Shown: piece by piece, positions 24,787 through 38,159 of the stretch | Layout of the letters: each line of letters opens with the position of its first letter | Numbering within the stretch: position 1 is the stretch's first letter | NCBI GenBank assembly: GCA_028534125.1 | Contig: CM052816.1 | Coordinates: 62,560,001 to 62,624,000, forward strand | Direction: 5' to 3' | Length of the DNA: 64,000 nt | Source: Lama glama | Lineage: Eukaryota | Made by a program: the position numbers and the translations under genes | Notes under the pieces: generated by a model | Databases searched by the model: none | What the model was told of the DNA's origin: nothing | Seen by the model: the letters and a program-made list of their open reading frames with translations, nothing else

Positions 24787-26711
24787 GCATTAAAAGCACA
24801 GTACAAGAAGATTAGTAGCTGAAGAAGGTTTCTACTTCCTAGGGATTAAAAACAAAAGTCATTAATGTACCCCAGAAGTAGAAATATATAAATAATATAG
24901 AAAGTATGACATTGTCATTCTTTGAATGAAAGAATTATTATCTTATTTATCCATAAATAAAACTTAAAATAAGAATGCTTTTCAAAGTTTTAGTTATTTG
25001 TTTCCATCCATGATGTCAGTAGTTCTTTCACAAACACAAAAGTTCAAAGAATTTTCCTGAGTCAGCTTTATGTAAGACAGTTCCTAGAAGACATGCACAT
25101 TATGCAATGTTTTACGCATCATGCATATTTTATGGATTTTTCTCCTTTTATACAGTCTGTAAACACATTTAATAAAAATTTTGTTAAATGTATGTATTAA
25201 GTAACCACAAAAACCAACCACTGTACCACTTAAAGAGCTACCACCTCATTATTAAATAACTTCAAAATGATCTGTTAATTACACTAAACCAAAGGGAACC
25301 ACAAGAGGGCTTTAGAGTAAGCTTTGAATTTCTAAATGTAAGCAAAGCCACCCAAGAAAGTTTTTTGCTTGGTTTAGTAATAATAAATTTTATCACAATA
25401 AATATTCTGGTAATATTTACTAATATTAGAGGCTTCCATTATTCAACTCTCTTATATATCAATGAGATTGATAGAGTAGGCTCTTGAATCACTGAGTTAC
25501 ATGGGCTTTGACAGAAAAATGTCTAGTGTCAGTCTGGATGCAATAGCCACTAACAATGTTACATAACCATATAGTTTAACATAGGATCCCCCAATATCTT
25601 CAGATTTCTGTTTGTTCTTTCAACAAATGATACTAGTTCCAAAGAAAATGAAATGGACAGTAACACTGCCCTCAAGAAGCCAGGAAAATGAGGAAGGCCA
25701 TCATATCATTTGAGTTCAGTTTTGAAGATAAGCACAGGCTTGCAGAGAAGGAAAACCATTGGAAATTACTCTGAGAAATGTAATAAGGACGGACTGACAG
25801 ATAAATTGACAACCAGCTTTGAGGTCCATGGTGAGGTTCTCTACCCAAAATTTGTAACGTAATTGTCATGAAAGCAAAAAAAATTAACCTACTAGAGTCA
25901 TTTGAGATTGGGCGTGGGGGCCAAGGCAGGAATAGTAAAAGCTGAAGTAAATAATGGATTCTAGGACATGAGAGCAAAGTGAAAATTACAAACAAAGATG
26001 AGATCTTGCCTAAGGAGAGACAAAGACAATGCCCAGAGAAAATGTCTTGATTGGAAAAACATGGACTGATGTAGGAGTAAAAGAAAAAAGCAGGTTCACA
26101 TAGTGAGAGACAGTTGGAATTAAGGAGGTTTTCAACAGGGAGAGAGAACCGTGAGAGTTGGAAATCTGAGAAATCAAGCAATGCTGAGTCATGACAAGGA
26201 CCAAGATGTTTTTACTTCATGTTTCCACTGCTTCAGTGAGACGGGGAGAAGGACAGGGTTTGCAGGGAGACAACCCGCCAGGCAACTATTCTACTTAACC
26301 TGATAGATCCAGCATATGACCCCAATCTATCAATAACCCATGGGTTAGAGACAGTAAAGAGGGCTGAGTTTAGGATTAGGCCACAATAGCATGAATGTGA
26401 TTTAGAATATTTAATGTCAGTCTGAGAAAAAAAATCCCATAGAAGAATTAAAATAAGAGGTATACCTCTCTCTTCAGAAATTCTTTTCGTTACTTCAAAA
26501 CAGGACCCGTAGAACAGAGAGCACACCTTCAAGCAAAACCACACGTGACTCTGTGGTACAGGTCCATTTAATAGCTTACTAACTTCATCTTTAGTTGTTT
26601 CACAGAGAAATATATTTTCCTCCCCAACTAGATCATATGCTCTCCAAAGAAAGTGGCCATATTCTCCTTCTCCTTCTGCTCGTGGCACCTACTCAGTATA
26701 ACACCATGGAA

Positions 26712-26960
26712 GGCATTATGAAGCAGTGAAAAGAAAAATGTCTCAGAAGGCAGAGAATTCTGGTCAAACCCCTGCACGTTTACTTGCCATGTGACCCGAG
26801 AAAAGTTACTTCTCCTTCCAAAACTTCAATCTTTTCATCCAACTAAATGCTGATAATAATAATTGTACAATGGGTCCTGTGAACATTTAGTGAAATAAGC
26901 ACCACACCCAGTTCCAAGGACACAGTAAAAACTTATAAATGGTTGTTAGTACTGTTACTA
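26712..26960 (+). mobile_element. MIR SINE, near full length
   Basis: cttgccatgtgacccgagaaaagttactt...cttttcatc...gataataataat...cacagtaaaaacttataaatggttgttagtact core and tail. Confidence 0.75.
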
Positions 26961-27434
26961 CCATGCACATACACTGGGCTTAATAAAGACTTTTTGAATG
27001 AATATAGTTCAACATAAGCACCAGCTTTACAATGTGATGAAATGCGTATCTCACAGAGAAACATCCAGAATACCTGGGAAGGATTTTTTTTTTTTTTTGT
27101 CTCAAAGTCTTGGAATGTCTCTAAGTGGAATCCTAGAAATAAATGATCACTATGGCCAGTTTCACTGTAGAACAAGGCAGGGAAGATCTCCCAGATCACA
27201 AGATCTGGGGATTCTGCAGCAGCATTCCATCTTACAATGAGGTAGCTCAGTCAATTTTAGAACTAGGCTATGAGTGAGCACTGCCATTTGAATAGACCAG
27301 GCAGATGAGTTGTTGGCCACAGCAAGGGGCTCTCTCTCCTTCCCTCATCCCAGAAGTGCTCACACTTCTATCCAGCTTGTCTCACCATGTTTTCCAAACA
27401 TTACTCATCCTTGCTTCCTGCCATTCTGAAATTA

Positions 27435-27916
27435 TAAATTCTCGTGAACAAGGGGGTCCTTGGACAGATGAAGAAAAGCAGGAAACTCTGAACTGATTAA
27501 AAACAAAATACGTTCTGAGTTGACAAGTGTCCTGGAGGCAGACAAAAAACGGTAGGACATAACAGGAATCTCTACCATCCGAATGTAACCTTTTGCTCAT
27601 TATGACCTCATCCCACTTCTCTGTCAAGACTAAATAAGAACAAAAAATCCATTCTTCACCCTGGGAAGGTGGCGCTGAAACGAAGATTAGGAAAGATGAC
27701 TCCAAACCCATCCCTGCCAATGAACATTCTGCCAATTCATTTTTACACCCCATACAGCTTGCCAAAGAAACTCGGGGCAGCCTCCCACCTGAGTGCCTGC
27801 CCTTCCCTTGAGCACACTACCTATCACTTAATAAATCATTGCTTTGCTTTCTTGACCTTTGTGTCTTATTTCTGAATTCTTTCTGTGGTGAGACAAGAAT
27901 CTGCTCTCTGACAACA
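27435..27916 (+). mobile_element. Solo LTR, ERV1-like
   Basis: AATAAA at about 27830, 3' end tctgaattctttctgtggtgagacaagaatc...gacaaca; possible ATTA TSD at 27431-27434 and 27917-27920 if the 5' TG is mutated. Confidence 0.7.
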
Positions 27917-30900
27917 ATTACTATATTCTGAGTAGCTTCAGGGTAAATTATTATAAAATAATCAGTATTGAGACATTGTACTAAACTGATGACAACTGGA
28001 CTTGAAACTTAAAAACACCTAGTAAACAGAATAATTCTACAACTAGTATACCTCTGTGGATGTATGTCTGCATGTATTATTAAGAAAGAAACAGGTAAAG
28101 GAAAGGAAATAAATATTTACTTGCCTACCACTTAACAATTTACTTGCCAGTATTACAAGTACTACGTGGAAGAGGAAGAGCAGATTAACCTGCTTTCTAT
28201 GGATATTAAAAAAGAAAAACTCATCAGAGTACATCTATTATGGAAAACAAACATAACTTTACAGAATGTGGAATCTCAAAAACAAAGCAGTGGTCACAGC
28301 AAGTGGGAAAGGGAAATTCCCTATTGAGCCACTTAGTGTTTAAAATGGTCCAGATAGCAACAAAATATGGGAATGTGAGTCTAAAATCAGAAACTAAACA
28401 TTCTATCTAAAACTAAATATTTTTATTTGAGATAGAAATGGCCCACTTTTATTGTAAATGAGGAAATAAATATTTAACTCAACAAAATAGCATCAGAATT
28501 TACCCTGCTGGGCAGGTTTTCACTTAGGCACAATCATCTTTCAATTTCTTAACACCATTTATTTATAACTTCTTGGTAATTACAAATGTACCTCACTTTC
28601 ATGCAATAGATGTGTTCTTTTAAAAAAAAAGCTGAATAACTTCAAAATTTATAAATTATATTATACTTATATAATTTATACATTATATTGCAATGCCCCA
28701 AGAGGGTTTCTACTACTTAAAGAGATCTTTCTAGAATGAAAAATCTTTTTGTAGAATAAAACAACAACAACAAAAAACCCAGATCTATCATTTGTATAAA
28801 TCTTGTAGTTTGGAAGGTTTTAAGGCAAGTTGCTTCTATAGTACTGCCAATTAGTAGAACAATTTAAAATATTCAGATATAATTGTAGTTCTGAAGTATT
28901 CTCTCTGAAATAACTCTCTATTAAATATATACCAAATGAAATGTGTAGGAAAGCAGAAATGATAAAAGGAATTTTTTTAATCTAAAAAGGTAATGTATAC
29001 GTGCAAACAAAAGTACTCATTGTGAACAGTTTTACAAGAACAGGCAGGTTATACTCACTATGGTGCCTGAGATGCCACGTACAGAAGGGCTCCACGGTGG
29101 CGCAAGCCATTCAGAGAAGGATGTCAGGATGTGCCTAGATCAAGAAGTCTAGAAAAAATATAAACATCATGAAAATTATTAAGGGATAAGGATGAATTCA
29201 CTGTTTTGGTCTGTATCAAATTGGTTTGAATATTTTCAATTGATCATTCAAATCAGAAAAAAAATGTAACTTAAAAAAAGTTAGTCAAGTGAGGCACTTG
29301 TCAACTTGAATTTTACAACTGAACATGTTCTTTAAATAGAATGAGCATATACTTTTTTATCCAGATCAGTAGACATTTCAGTGTGGAAATGATCACTGAA
29401 AAAATTAAACTTAAAGCACTTTTTAAATAGTTATTGATTGACTCAAAAATTTGTTTTATTATATTGGTAGACCTATACAACATTTTTATTCAAAAACTAT
29501 TTTCAAAGAGATGCTTTCCAAAAATTAAAAAGAACACATTTTTGTAGATTAAGGCAATATTTTAAAAACTTGTATCAATGATTTGAAAGCGGCTTTGAAA
29601 TTCTTAGCTCATCACCTACTACAAAGGCAAGAAAAGGTGAGGAGAAAGACCAAGGGGATTGGACAGTGAGAAAGCTGTTGCAGAGTCTTCCATTTCCCTC
29701 CCTCTCCTAAGTAACTGGGGCTTCACAAGAACCATTCAGAAAGCTTGCCTGTAATCCCTGCAGTTTCAGACATTCCAGACTCATACTAGAAAAAGATAGA
29801 AGGCTAAAGAGACCATCATTATGTGTGGTAGCAGTAATGTGTAGGTATGCTGTGAAAGAACCATGCACTCCAAGTTTGGGAGGCCAAAAGGCATTTGTGT
29901 TCCACCAACAAGGGGAATCCCAAGGGGAGTTACATAGAAAAGGAGCCCTCGGAAGAGTGGGATCCTATAGTGACAAAACCACAAAAGGGTCCCACAGGAA
30001 AGAAGCCTGCATTTGGACTACCATACACACAAAGCAAAAATATCTGATTGTTACCTCTAAACTTCACCCCCAGGACTGTCCCTGAAGAGGACTGCAACTA
30101 GCACGTAGAAAGAGGATAGGAGACGGAGCAAGGGAAAAAGGTCTACTCACTTTTCACTACAGCTTTTGAAACCTGAGTTAAAACAGAACTAAAGAATGCT
30201 TTTTAATTAAAAAATATTGAAGTTTTTGCTAATCAACCTGACTGGACTCTTTAATATTTGAAAGTGTCTAGAAAATCAATTAGATCTACCCAAAATTTCA
30301 TTAGGCAGCTGGAAAGAGCAATTCTGCACAGTGGATTTAAGGATGAAGGAGACAGTACTAAGATAATCAACAACAACAACAATAATAAAGTGTGTCTATC
30401 TTGTTCCACACTGAGTAATACTCATTCAATCAGCCAGTGACATATCTATGTTTATGGAGATATTTAAAATTTATTAATGAGGTATTTTTTCCCCTAGATC
30501 TCTGTTTGAAATAACTTTCTCAGATTGGGGGACTTGTATCCCTGGCAGGTAGAGTGGTATGAAAGAGTACAAGCAGAGCCATAAGATTATGACTTTAGAA
30601 CAAAGAAACTGTCATCCTTATGCAGGGTAGGATAGATTAGAAAAGACGCTCAGCACATGCCAGAGCCAAGACAGTGACAGAAAAAAGGGTTGTGAACAAG
30701 ACCACAGAAATGATTCCATGAAGCTCACCCGGCTAGAATCTTCATCAGTTCTTTGGTAGAAAATGGTTGGAAATGTAGCATCAGAACCATATTATAAATA
30801 TTATTACATTTTATGATATCTATAAATATGTCATTTAGGAACCTGTTACCCAGTGCTAATTCCTTAGTGTGTGCTCAGCCATTTTTATTTAATCTGTTTA

Positions 30901-32099
30901 TTATCTACACAAGGTTGCAAACTAAAGAACTTTTTTGAATATTTTGATAAATAAAATGATATTAAAGTCAAGATCTTAGTGTCTACTGTGGGCAAAACAG
31001 ATACTACACAACTCCTACAAATAGCTTCTAGAAATACAACAGCTAAGAGAGTTAAATAGGGGCATGGAGACCCTGGTCAAGACACTGCTATAAGTTCTGA
31101 CTTTGTTTCACCGCCACTGCTTCAGACCTTTGACAATGAAAGACAAACTTTCACAACCTGAATATACAGCCTAGCTCCAAAGCATGATAAACATCTCTAG
31201 AAGCCAGAAACAGAACACAAAGTTGAAGGACAACTACTATAGGGCTGTGAGAGATGGGATCTTGAAGCAGCAAGTTAGTGGCCAAGAGTTCACTGCTACA
31301 GAACAATAGGTGACTGGAGACAAGAGTCCTAAATGAGATGAAGGCCAGGGCCAGGCTCACTCTTGAAGCCAGCACCTGAGGGACTACCTTCCTTTTCCCA
31401 AAGGAAGTTGGGAAAACTGCCTCCATTAAGATGTAAGAGAGGCTGAGGGCTTAGAGTGGTAGAAGGACAAAGAAATATCTTCTTGACCAGAAATTAAACT
31501 AAGCTCAGTATCCTTAATATTACCAGAGGGTCAGTGCTCTTAGCCACCATTAAAAGACCTGGTTCTGGGCTGAGGGCCAGAAGCCTAGGAGGAGATGACC
31601 TCCAAACTACTTGACAGTTAGTTTGACAAGTTGGGGCATGGATTTGCCAAGAATTTGAATGGAAGATCAGATCAGGATGAAAGACTTGAATTGTGAGTAA
31701 TAACGACTGCAATAAGCCTATAAACTTATGGAACTATGCTGACTTTTCAGTTTACATACTGAGCCTAGTTTAATTGCAGTAATTCTTGAAAAGAGTTCAA
31801 CTATGCTGGCTTTAGGATAACTCTTACATGCAATAACTTCTTTGTAAAGCAAGGAAAATGGTTCTATTATTAGGCTACCATATAGGAGATTCGTGACTAG
31901 GGTTTGAGTTATTTTTATTTATTTAAAGATTCTCACTCAACTAAACCTAAAAGGAGTTCCTAAAATCAGATGACAGGAAAAAAAAAAGAAGTTAAAAAAA
32001 AAACTGCTTAAGTAAGACTCTACAGTAAAAGAATCTCTACCACACAAAGGGAGCTGAACACAAATTAAGCAGTATGACCAGGAAAGCTTTAGTTACCTG

Positions 32100-32980
32100 G
32101 AATGGCCATTATTCAGTTATTTCAACAAATACTGAATGAATACATAAGTATCATGTACAGGGTGTTATGTTGGGAAGGATGGGAGATAGAGTGCAATCAA
32201 AATGGCCTGTGCTCTTACAGAGTTTACAATTAAACTGAAGATACATGAGCCTTTCACTGAATGCCTGTAGCACGAAGTGTCATTACCTTAGAAATGTGAC
32301 AAACTAATTGCTTTGAGAGCACAGAGGAGAATAGGATCACTTTAGCTCGGGAAATACAAAGGTATGGTAAAGCAGATGGTATTGGAGTTGCACAGCCCAT
32401 GATGGATAAATGGTGGAGGGAAGTCTATAACAAAAACAAAACAAACAAAACAGAGACAGACAGAGAGAGACAGCTATTTTAAGAAAATGAAATGTCACAG
32501 AAAGTCTAGAGATGGTAGAAGCAATACTTACCACAGACAGAAATGGGTCTAATATTTGTGTCAGAGGCAGTGTAAGATTAGGTTGTACTCAGGTGGTAAA
32601 GGATATTCATTTATGCATTCAGTAAATACTAATTAGCAATTCTTGGTGATACAGAAGCAAAAAAATTTAGACATGTTTCCACACACACAGAGCTGATAGG
32701 CCAGTAGGAAAAAAACACATATTGAACAAGAATTACAGTGGAGAAGGACAAGGTTGTCATTTAAAGATACTCTCAGGAAGTACTATTTTTACTTAGAATT
32801 GAAGGATGTGTGCCAAAAGAAGGAAAGGGGAGCACGATAGAGCATGCGAGGTGTAGAAAATTGCCTGTGAAAGAATCCAGAATCTAAGCATAATTGGGGA
32901 CCTAAAATAAGATTTAAGAACATAGAGGCACAGTATTAAAGTAGAATGAAAGAAACTACCAGGTAAGCAGAAACACATCC
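32100..32980 (-). mobile_element. L2 fragments
   Basis: attcagttatttcaacaaatactgaatg... and attcatttatgcattcagtaaatact... antisense L2 3' ends followed by purine-rich L2 body. Confidence 0.6.
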
Positions 32981-33200
32981 GAATCATCATTCTTCATTAA
33001 CCTATTTATGGCAGAATAGACTGAATAACCAGATATGTGCAGGAACACTTTACTTCTGTTGATTATTTTTCTCCTACTCCTACTTAGTTGTTTAACAATG
33101 CCCGTATTTTTACGGCTTATAACTTTTTAGGAACACTGGTAGGAAACGCCTGTCATAGAAAAGTTTGGTAACTTGGAATCTGATTTTTTTTTTTAAAGAG

Positions 33201-36200
33201 GGGGGAGAAGGGCCAGATGGCAGAGCAGAAGGCTGCCCGTAGCTCACCCTCTCCCACAAATACACCGAGACTGAGATCCACGGGCCCACCCATCCACTCA
33301 GAACACCTACTGAAGTTTGACAGAACATTGCCTTCTTCAAAAGACAAAATTTGTCACAAATCTGGTAGGAGAAAAGAAAAAAAAAAGAAAAAGGAAAATA
33401 ATGCAGGACCAGTCCCGCAGGGAGGGAGCAGCAAAGGAGGAATAGCGCTGTGTGTTATGTCTCCCCTTCTCCAACGGAGAGGTCAGCGGGGCTGAGGGGG
33501 AACTTCCGAGGCTCGGATCTGTACAGAATAGCCCTTGACTGACAAAACTAAGATAAACAGGCACAGAGGGTCCCCGCAACCCCCAGCCCTAGACGCGAAC
33601 TGGCAGGTGGGGGACAGGACAGGCTGCCCGAGCCGGGCGGGGGACTGGGGCGGCTGCACTGAGGCAGCCCCGGGGGACTGCAGAGGGCTGTGCGCCGTGG
33701 CTGGGAGGGGATACAGAGCAGAACAGCCTGCGTCCCCCATAAAATACAAAAAAAAAAAGCAAAGCACCACTGCTGGTGTGCCGCGGGGGGAGGGGCGCCG
33801 CAGCCTTTGTCTCCTCAGCCCCGCGGCGCCATGGCTGGCGCCTTCTCTGGAGAAGAGAGGCGGGGCGGAGCCACAGCCGCCATATTCTCCCACAGGGGCT
33901 CCCAGGCCCAGGTGGGGTCGAAACCTGAATACATACCTAGCGGCTCCTCAAACTCACAGGCAGGACCGAGAGTTGTTTACAGCTGCAGGCAGAGTGGGCC
34001 GTTCTGCCCCGGTTCCTCTGTGAACTCGCACCTCTAGGACAAATGAACAAGGAGCGGAGCTCTGGCACGGAACGGGGGAGGCGGCTGGCGCGGCCGTTTT
34101 GTCCGAGCCCGCCTCCTGAGTACGGCGCCTGTGCAGCCACCGGGGAGCGACCCGCCCACTTAATCTGCCCGAGCGCAGCGCTTCAATGCGGCCTTAGCGG
34201 GTGGGACCTGTCTGCCTACAGGGCACAAGCACGGCACCAGAACACAGCGTTGGGAGGAGGCGTGATCTGCCTGCCTCCTGGCACTGGGAGCAGCACAGAC
34301 CTGGGGCGTGACCAGGAGCTCTGGAACCAGCCAGGGGAGTTCGCGCAGCAGGGCAAGGGCAGGAGAACCGGCAACCACAGAACACACAGGCAGCCCCGCT
34401 CAATAGCCACGGCAGGCTCTGGCCACCACAACACTGGCCACACCCCACAACCAAAGGGATAACAGACAAAACGCATGGAAGGAAGACTTGGCAACCCTCC
34501 ATACTTAAGAAGAACCTCTCCACAAAATTAAGTGCACACAGTCTCCACAGGAACGTATCCACCTTTTTTTCCTATTCTTTTTTAATTTTTAAATCCCTTT
34601 TAAAATTGTCTTTTAAATTTCTAATTAATTTTTAAAAGTTCTCTCAATTTGATTTCTATTTCTCTTTGTTCTTCAGTTGTCAATTATACTCTATTTTCAA
34701 ATCTTTTAAATTTTTAAAAAATTTCTCTCAATTTGATTTTTATAATTTTTATTTCTTTGTTTTGTTCTTCTGTTATTGATTATACTGTTTTCAAAGCTTT
34801 TTTTTCTTCTTTTAAATTTTTAAATTTTTTTTTGTTTTATTTCTATATCCACTTTAGATAGATAGGTAGACAGACAGACCTCATTCAGGACCACAGTAGA
34901 TAACTGATACTGCAAAATCCATAGTGCCAGAGAGATATAAGTAAAATGAAGAAGCAGAGGAACCACTCCCTATTAAAAGAACAAGAGAAATCCCCTGAAA
35001 GAAATACAAAATATCATATGAGAACACTATGAACAACTATAGGGAAACAAAATGGATAACCTAGAAGAAATGGACAAGTTTCTGGAAACATACAGTCCAC
35101 CAAGACTGAATTAAGAAGAAACTGACCACTTGAACAAACCAATCACTAGAAATGAAATTGAATTAGCAATAAAAAAAACCTCCCTACAAACAAAAGTCCA
35201 GGGCCAGATGGCTTCACTGGGGAATTCTACCAAACATGCAAAGAAGAACACATACTGGTCCTTCTCAAATTATTCCAGAAGATTGAGAAGGAGTACTCCC
35301 AAACTCATTCTATGAAGCTACCATCACCCTGATAGCAAAACCAGGCAAAGACATGACCAAAAAAGATTACAGACCAGTATCACTGATAAACATAGATACA
35401 AAATCCTCAACAAATTATTAGCAAACAGAATCCAACAGCACATTAAAAAGATCATACACCATGATCTAGTTAGATTCATCCCAGGAACACAAGGATGGTT
35501 CAACCTATGCAAATCAATTAATGTGATATACCATATCAACGGGAGACAGGACAAAAACCACATGATCATCTCAACAGATGCAGAAAAGGCATTTGATAAA
35601 ATTCAACACCCATTTATGATAAAAAAAAAAACTCTCACCAAAGTGGGTATAGAGGGAACATATCTCAACATCATAAAAGCTATATATGACAAACCTATAG
35701 CCAGCATAGTTCTCAATGGTGAAAAACTCAAAAGCTTCCCACTAAAATCTGAGACAAGACAAGGATGCCCACTATCACCACTCCTATTCAACATAGTCTT
35801 GGAAGTCCTAGCCACAGCAATCAGGCAAGAGAGAGAAATAAAAGGGATCCAAATTGGAAAAGAGGAGGTAAAAGTGTCACTATATGCAGACGACATGATA
35901 CTATATATAGAAAACCCTAAAAGGGCCACACAAAGACTACTAGAACTAATCAAAGAATTCAGCAAGGTAGCTGGTTACAAGATTAATGTATGAAAATCAG
36001 TTGCATTTTTTTTACACTAATGATGAATCAACAGGAAAAGAAAGTAAAGAAACAGTCCCTTTTAAAATAGCACCCAAAGTAATAAAATACCTAGGAATCA
36101 ATCTAACCAATGAGGTGAAAGACTTATACATGGAGAACTACAAAATATTGATTAAGGAAATTAAAGAGGACTTAAAGAAATGGAAAGATATCCTATGCTT

Positions 36201-37925
36201 CTGGATTGGAGGAATCAATATTGTTAAAATGGCCATAATGCCCAAGGCAATCTACAGATTTAATGAAATCCCTATCAAATTAGCCAGGACGTTATTTCAC
36301 TGAAGTAGAACAAATCATATTAAAATTTATTTGGAATCACAAGAGACCCAGAATTGCCAAATCATTACTGAAGAAAAAGAATGAGGCTGTAGGAATAACC
36401 CTCCCAGACTTCAGACAATACTACATAGCTACAGTAATCAAAGCAATATGGTATTGGTACAAAAAACAGACATATGGATCAATGGAACAGAATAGAGTGC
36501 CCAGAAATGAACCCATGAACTTTTGGTCAATTAATTTCTGACAAAGCAGGCAAGAACATACAATGAAATAAAAACACCCTCTTTAGCAAATGGTATTGGG
36601 AAAACTGGACAGTAGCATGTAAATGAAGTTAGAACACTCCCTCACACCATACACAAAAATAAACTCAAAATGGCTTAAAGACTTAAACATAAGACAAGAC
36701 ACAATAAATCTCCTAGAAGAAAACATAAGCAAAACATTATCTCACACACACCTCAGCAATGTTCTCCTAGAGCAGTCTACCAAAGCAATAGAAATAAAAG
36801 CAAAAATAAACAAACAGGACCTAATTAAAATTACAAGCTTTTGCATAGCAAAGGAAATAGTTAGCAAAATAAAACAACAGCATATGAAATGGGAGAAAAT
36901 ATTTGCAGAAGATGAGACTGACAAGGGCTTGATTTCCAGAATATATAACAGCTCATATGATTTAATAAAATAAAAATAAAAAACACAATCCCAAAATGGG
37001 CAGAAGACGTCAACAAGCAATTTTCCAAGGACGACGTATGAAAGGCCAATAGACATATGAAAAAATGCTCAATATCACTAATTATCACAAATGCAAATCA
37101 AAACTCCAATGAAGTGTCACCTCACACCAGTCAGAATGGCCATCATTCAAAAGTCCACAAATGATAAATGCTGAAGAGGGTGTGGAGAAAAGGGAACCCT
37201 TCTATGCTGCTGGTGGAAATGCAGTTTGATGCAGTCACTGTGGAAAACAGTATGGAGATTCATCAACAGACTAAAAATAGACTTACCGTATGATCCCACA
37301 ATCGCACTCCTAAGCTTATGTCCAGAGGGAACCTTAATTCAGATGACACCCGCACCCCAGTATTCATAGAAGCACTATTTACAGTAGCCAAGACATGGAA
37401 ACAACCTAAATGTCCATTGACATATAGCTGGATAGAGAAGTTGTGGTATATTTATACAATGGAACACTATTCAGCCATAAAAAATGATAAAATAATGCCA
37501 TTTGTAGCAACATGGATGGCCTTGGAGAATGTCATTCTAAGTGAAGTATGCCAGAAAGAGAAAGACAAATACCATAAGATATCACTTATATGTGGAATCT
37601 AAAAGAAAAGAAAAGACAAATGAACTTATTTACAAAACAGAAACAGACTCACAGACATAGCAAACAAACTTATGGTTACTGGGGGGAAAGGGGTGGGAAG
37701 GGATAAACTGTGAATTTGATATTTGTAGATACTGACCAGTATATATAAAATACATAAACCAGTTTATACTGTATAGCACAGGGAACTATATTTGATATCT
37801 TGTAATAGCTTATGGTTAAAAAGAATATGAAAATGAATATATGTATATTCATGTATGACTGAAGCATTTGCTGCACAGCAGAAACTGACACAACGTTGTA
37901 AACTGACTATACCTCAATTAAAAAA
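33201..37925 (+). mobile_element. Lineage-specific LINE-1 with both ends, internally deleted (most of ORF1 and the ORF2 endonuclease missing); inactive
   Basis: Start GGGGGAGAAGGGCCAGATGGC; CpG-rich 5'UTR; ORF1-like start MKKQRNHS at 34946; RT motifs [12 protein letters not shown] and LYADDMILY (YADD 35883-35894); 3'UTR and A tail; TSD AAAGAG (33195-33200, 37926-37931) at a TTTT/AA site; ORF2 has stops and frameshifts. Confidence 0.95.
33400..34450 (+). promoter_or_regulatory. CpG-rich L1 5'UTR (internal Pol II promoter region)
   Basis: Only CpG-island-like stretch in the window; lies inside the L1 upstream of ORF1. Confidence 0.6.
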
Positions 37926-38159
37926 AAAGAGCAATCAAACATACAAGAAACCTATCTTGTCTCTAGAAAGTCTAAGATAGTAGGACATAAGAGAATTGGA
38001 CTTAGCTGTAATATTTTCTCAGGAAACAGAAAAAGGTTAATAGTCTAGAGAAGCTGAACATTAATAACATCTTATTCTGTTGTCTGTTATGGGGGAAAGA
38101 AGTTATAAGTCTGGATTAAAATTTATTCCTTTGAAATAAGCTTAAGGCATGACTTTGAT

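Noticed and set aside
25672..26688. 169-aa and 151-aa minus-strand ORFs
   Set aside because: Non-ATG starts, no motif; the first overlaps purine-rich L2-like sequence
28110..28215. Possible minus-strand exon downstream of the 29059-29148 candidate
   Set aside because: Several competing weak acceptors and donors; the joined frame stops within a few codons
29600..31800. Possible ancient Gypsy-like LTR remnants (also about 6950-7495)
   Set aside because: Resemblance too faint to fix family or boundaries by eye
33217..34562. Cluster of overlapping 90-160 aa ORFs and a CpG island suggesting a host-gene promoter
   Set aside because: Entirely inside the L1 5'UTR; GC-rich sequence is depleted of stop codons and no peptide is recognisable
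35130..37602. Reverse-transcriptase ORFs as a functional or domesticated gene
   Set aside because: ORF2 is broken by multiple stops and frameshifts and lacks the endonuclease
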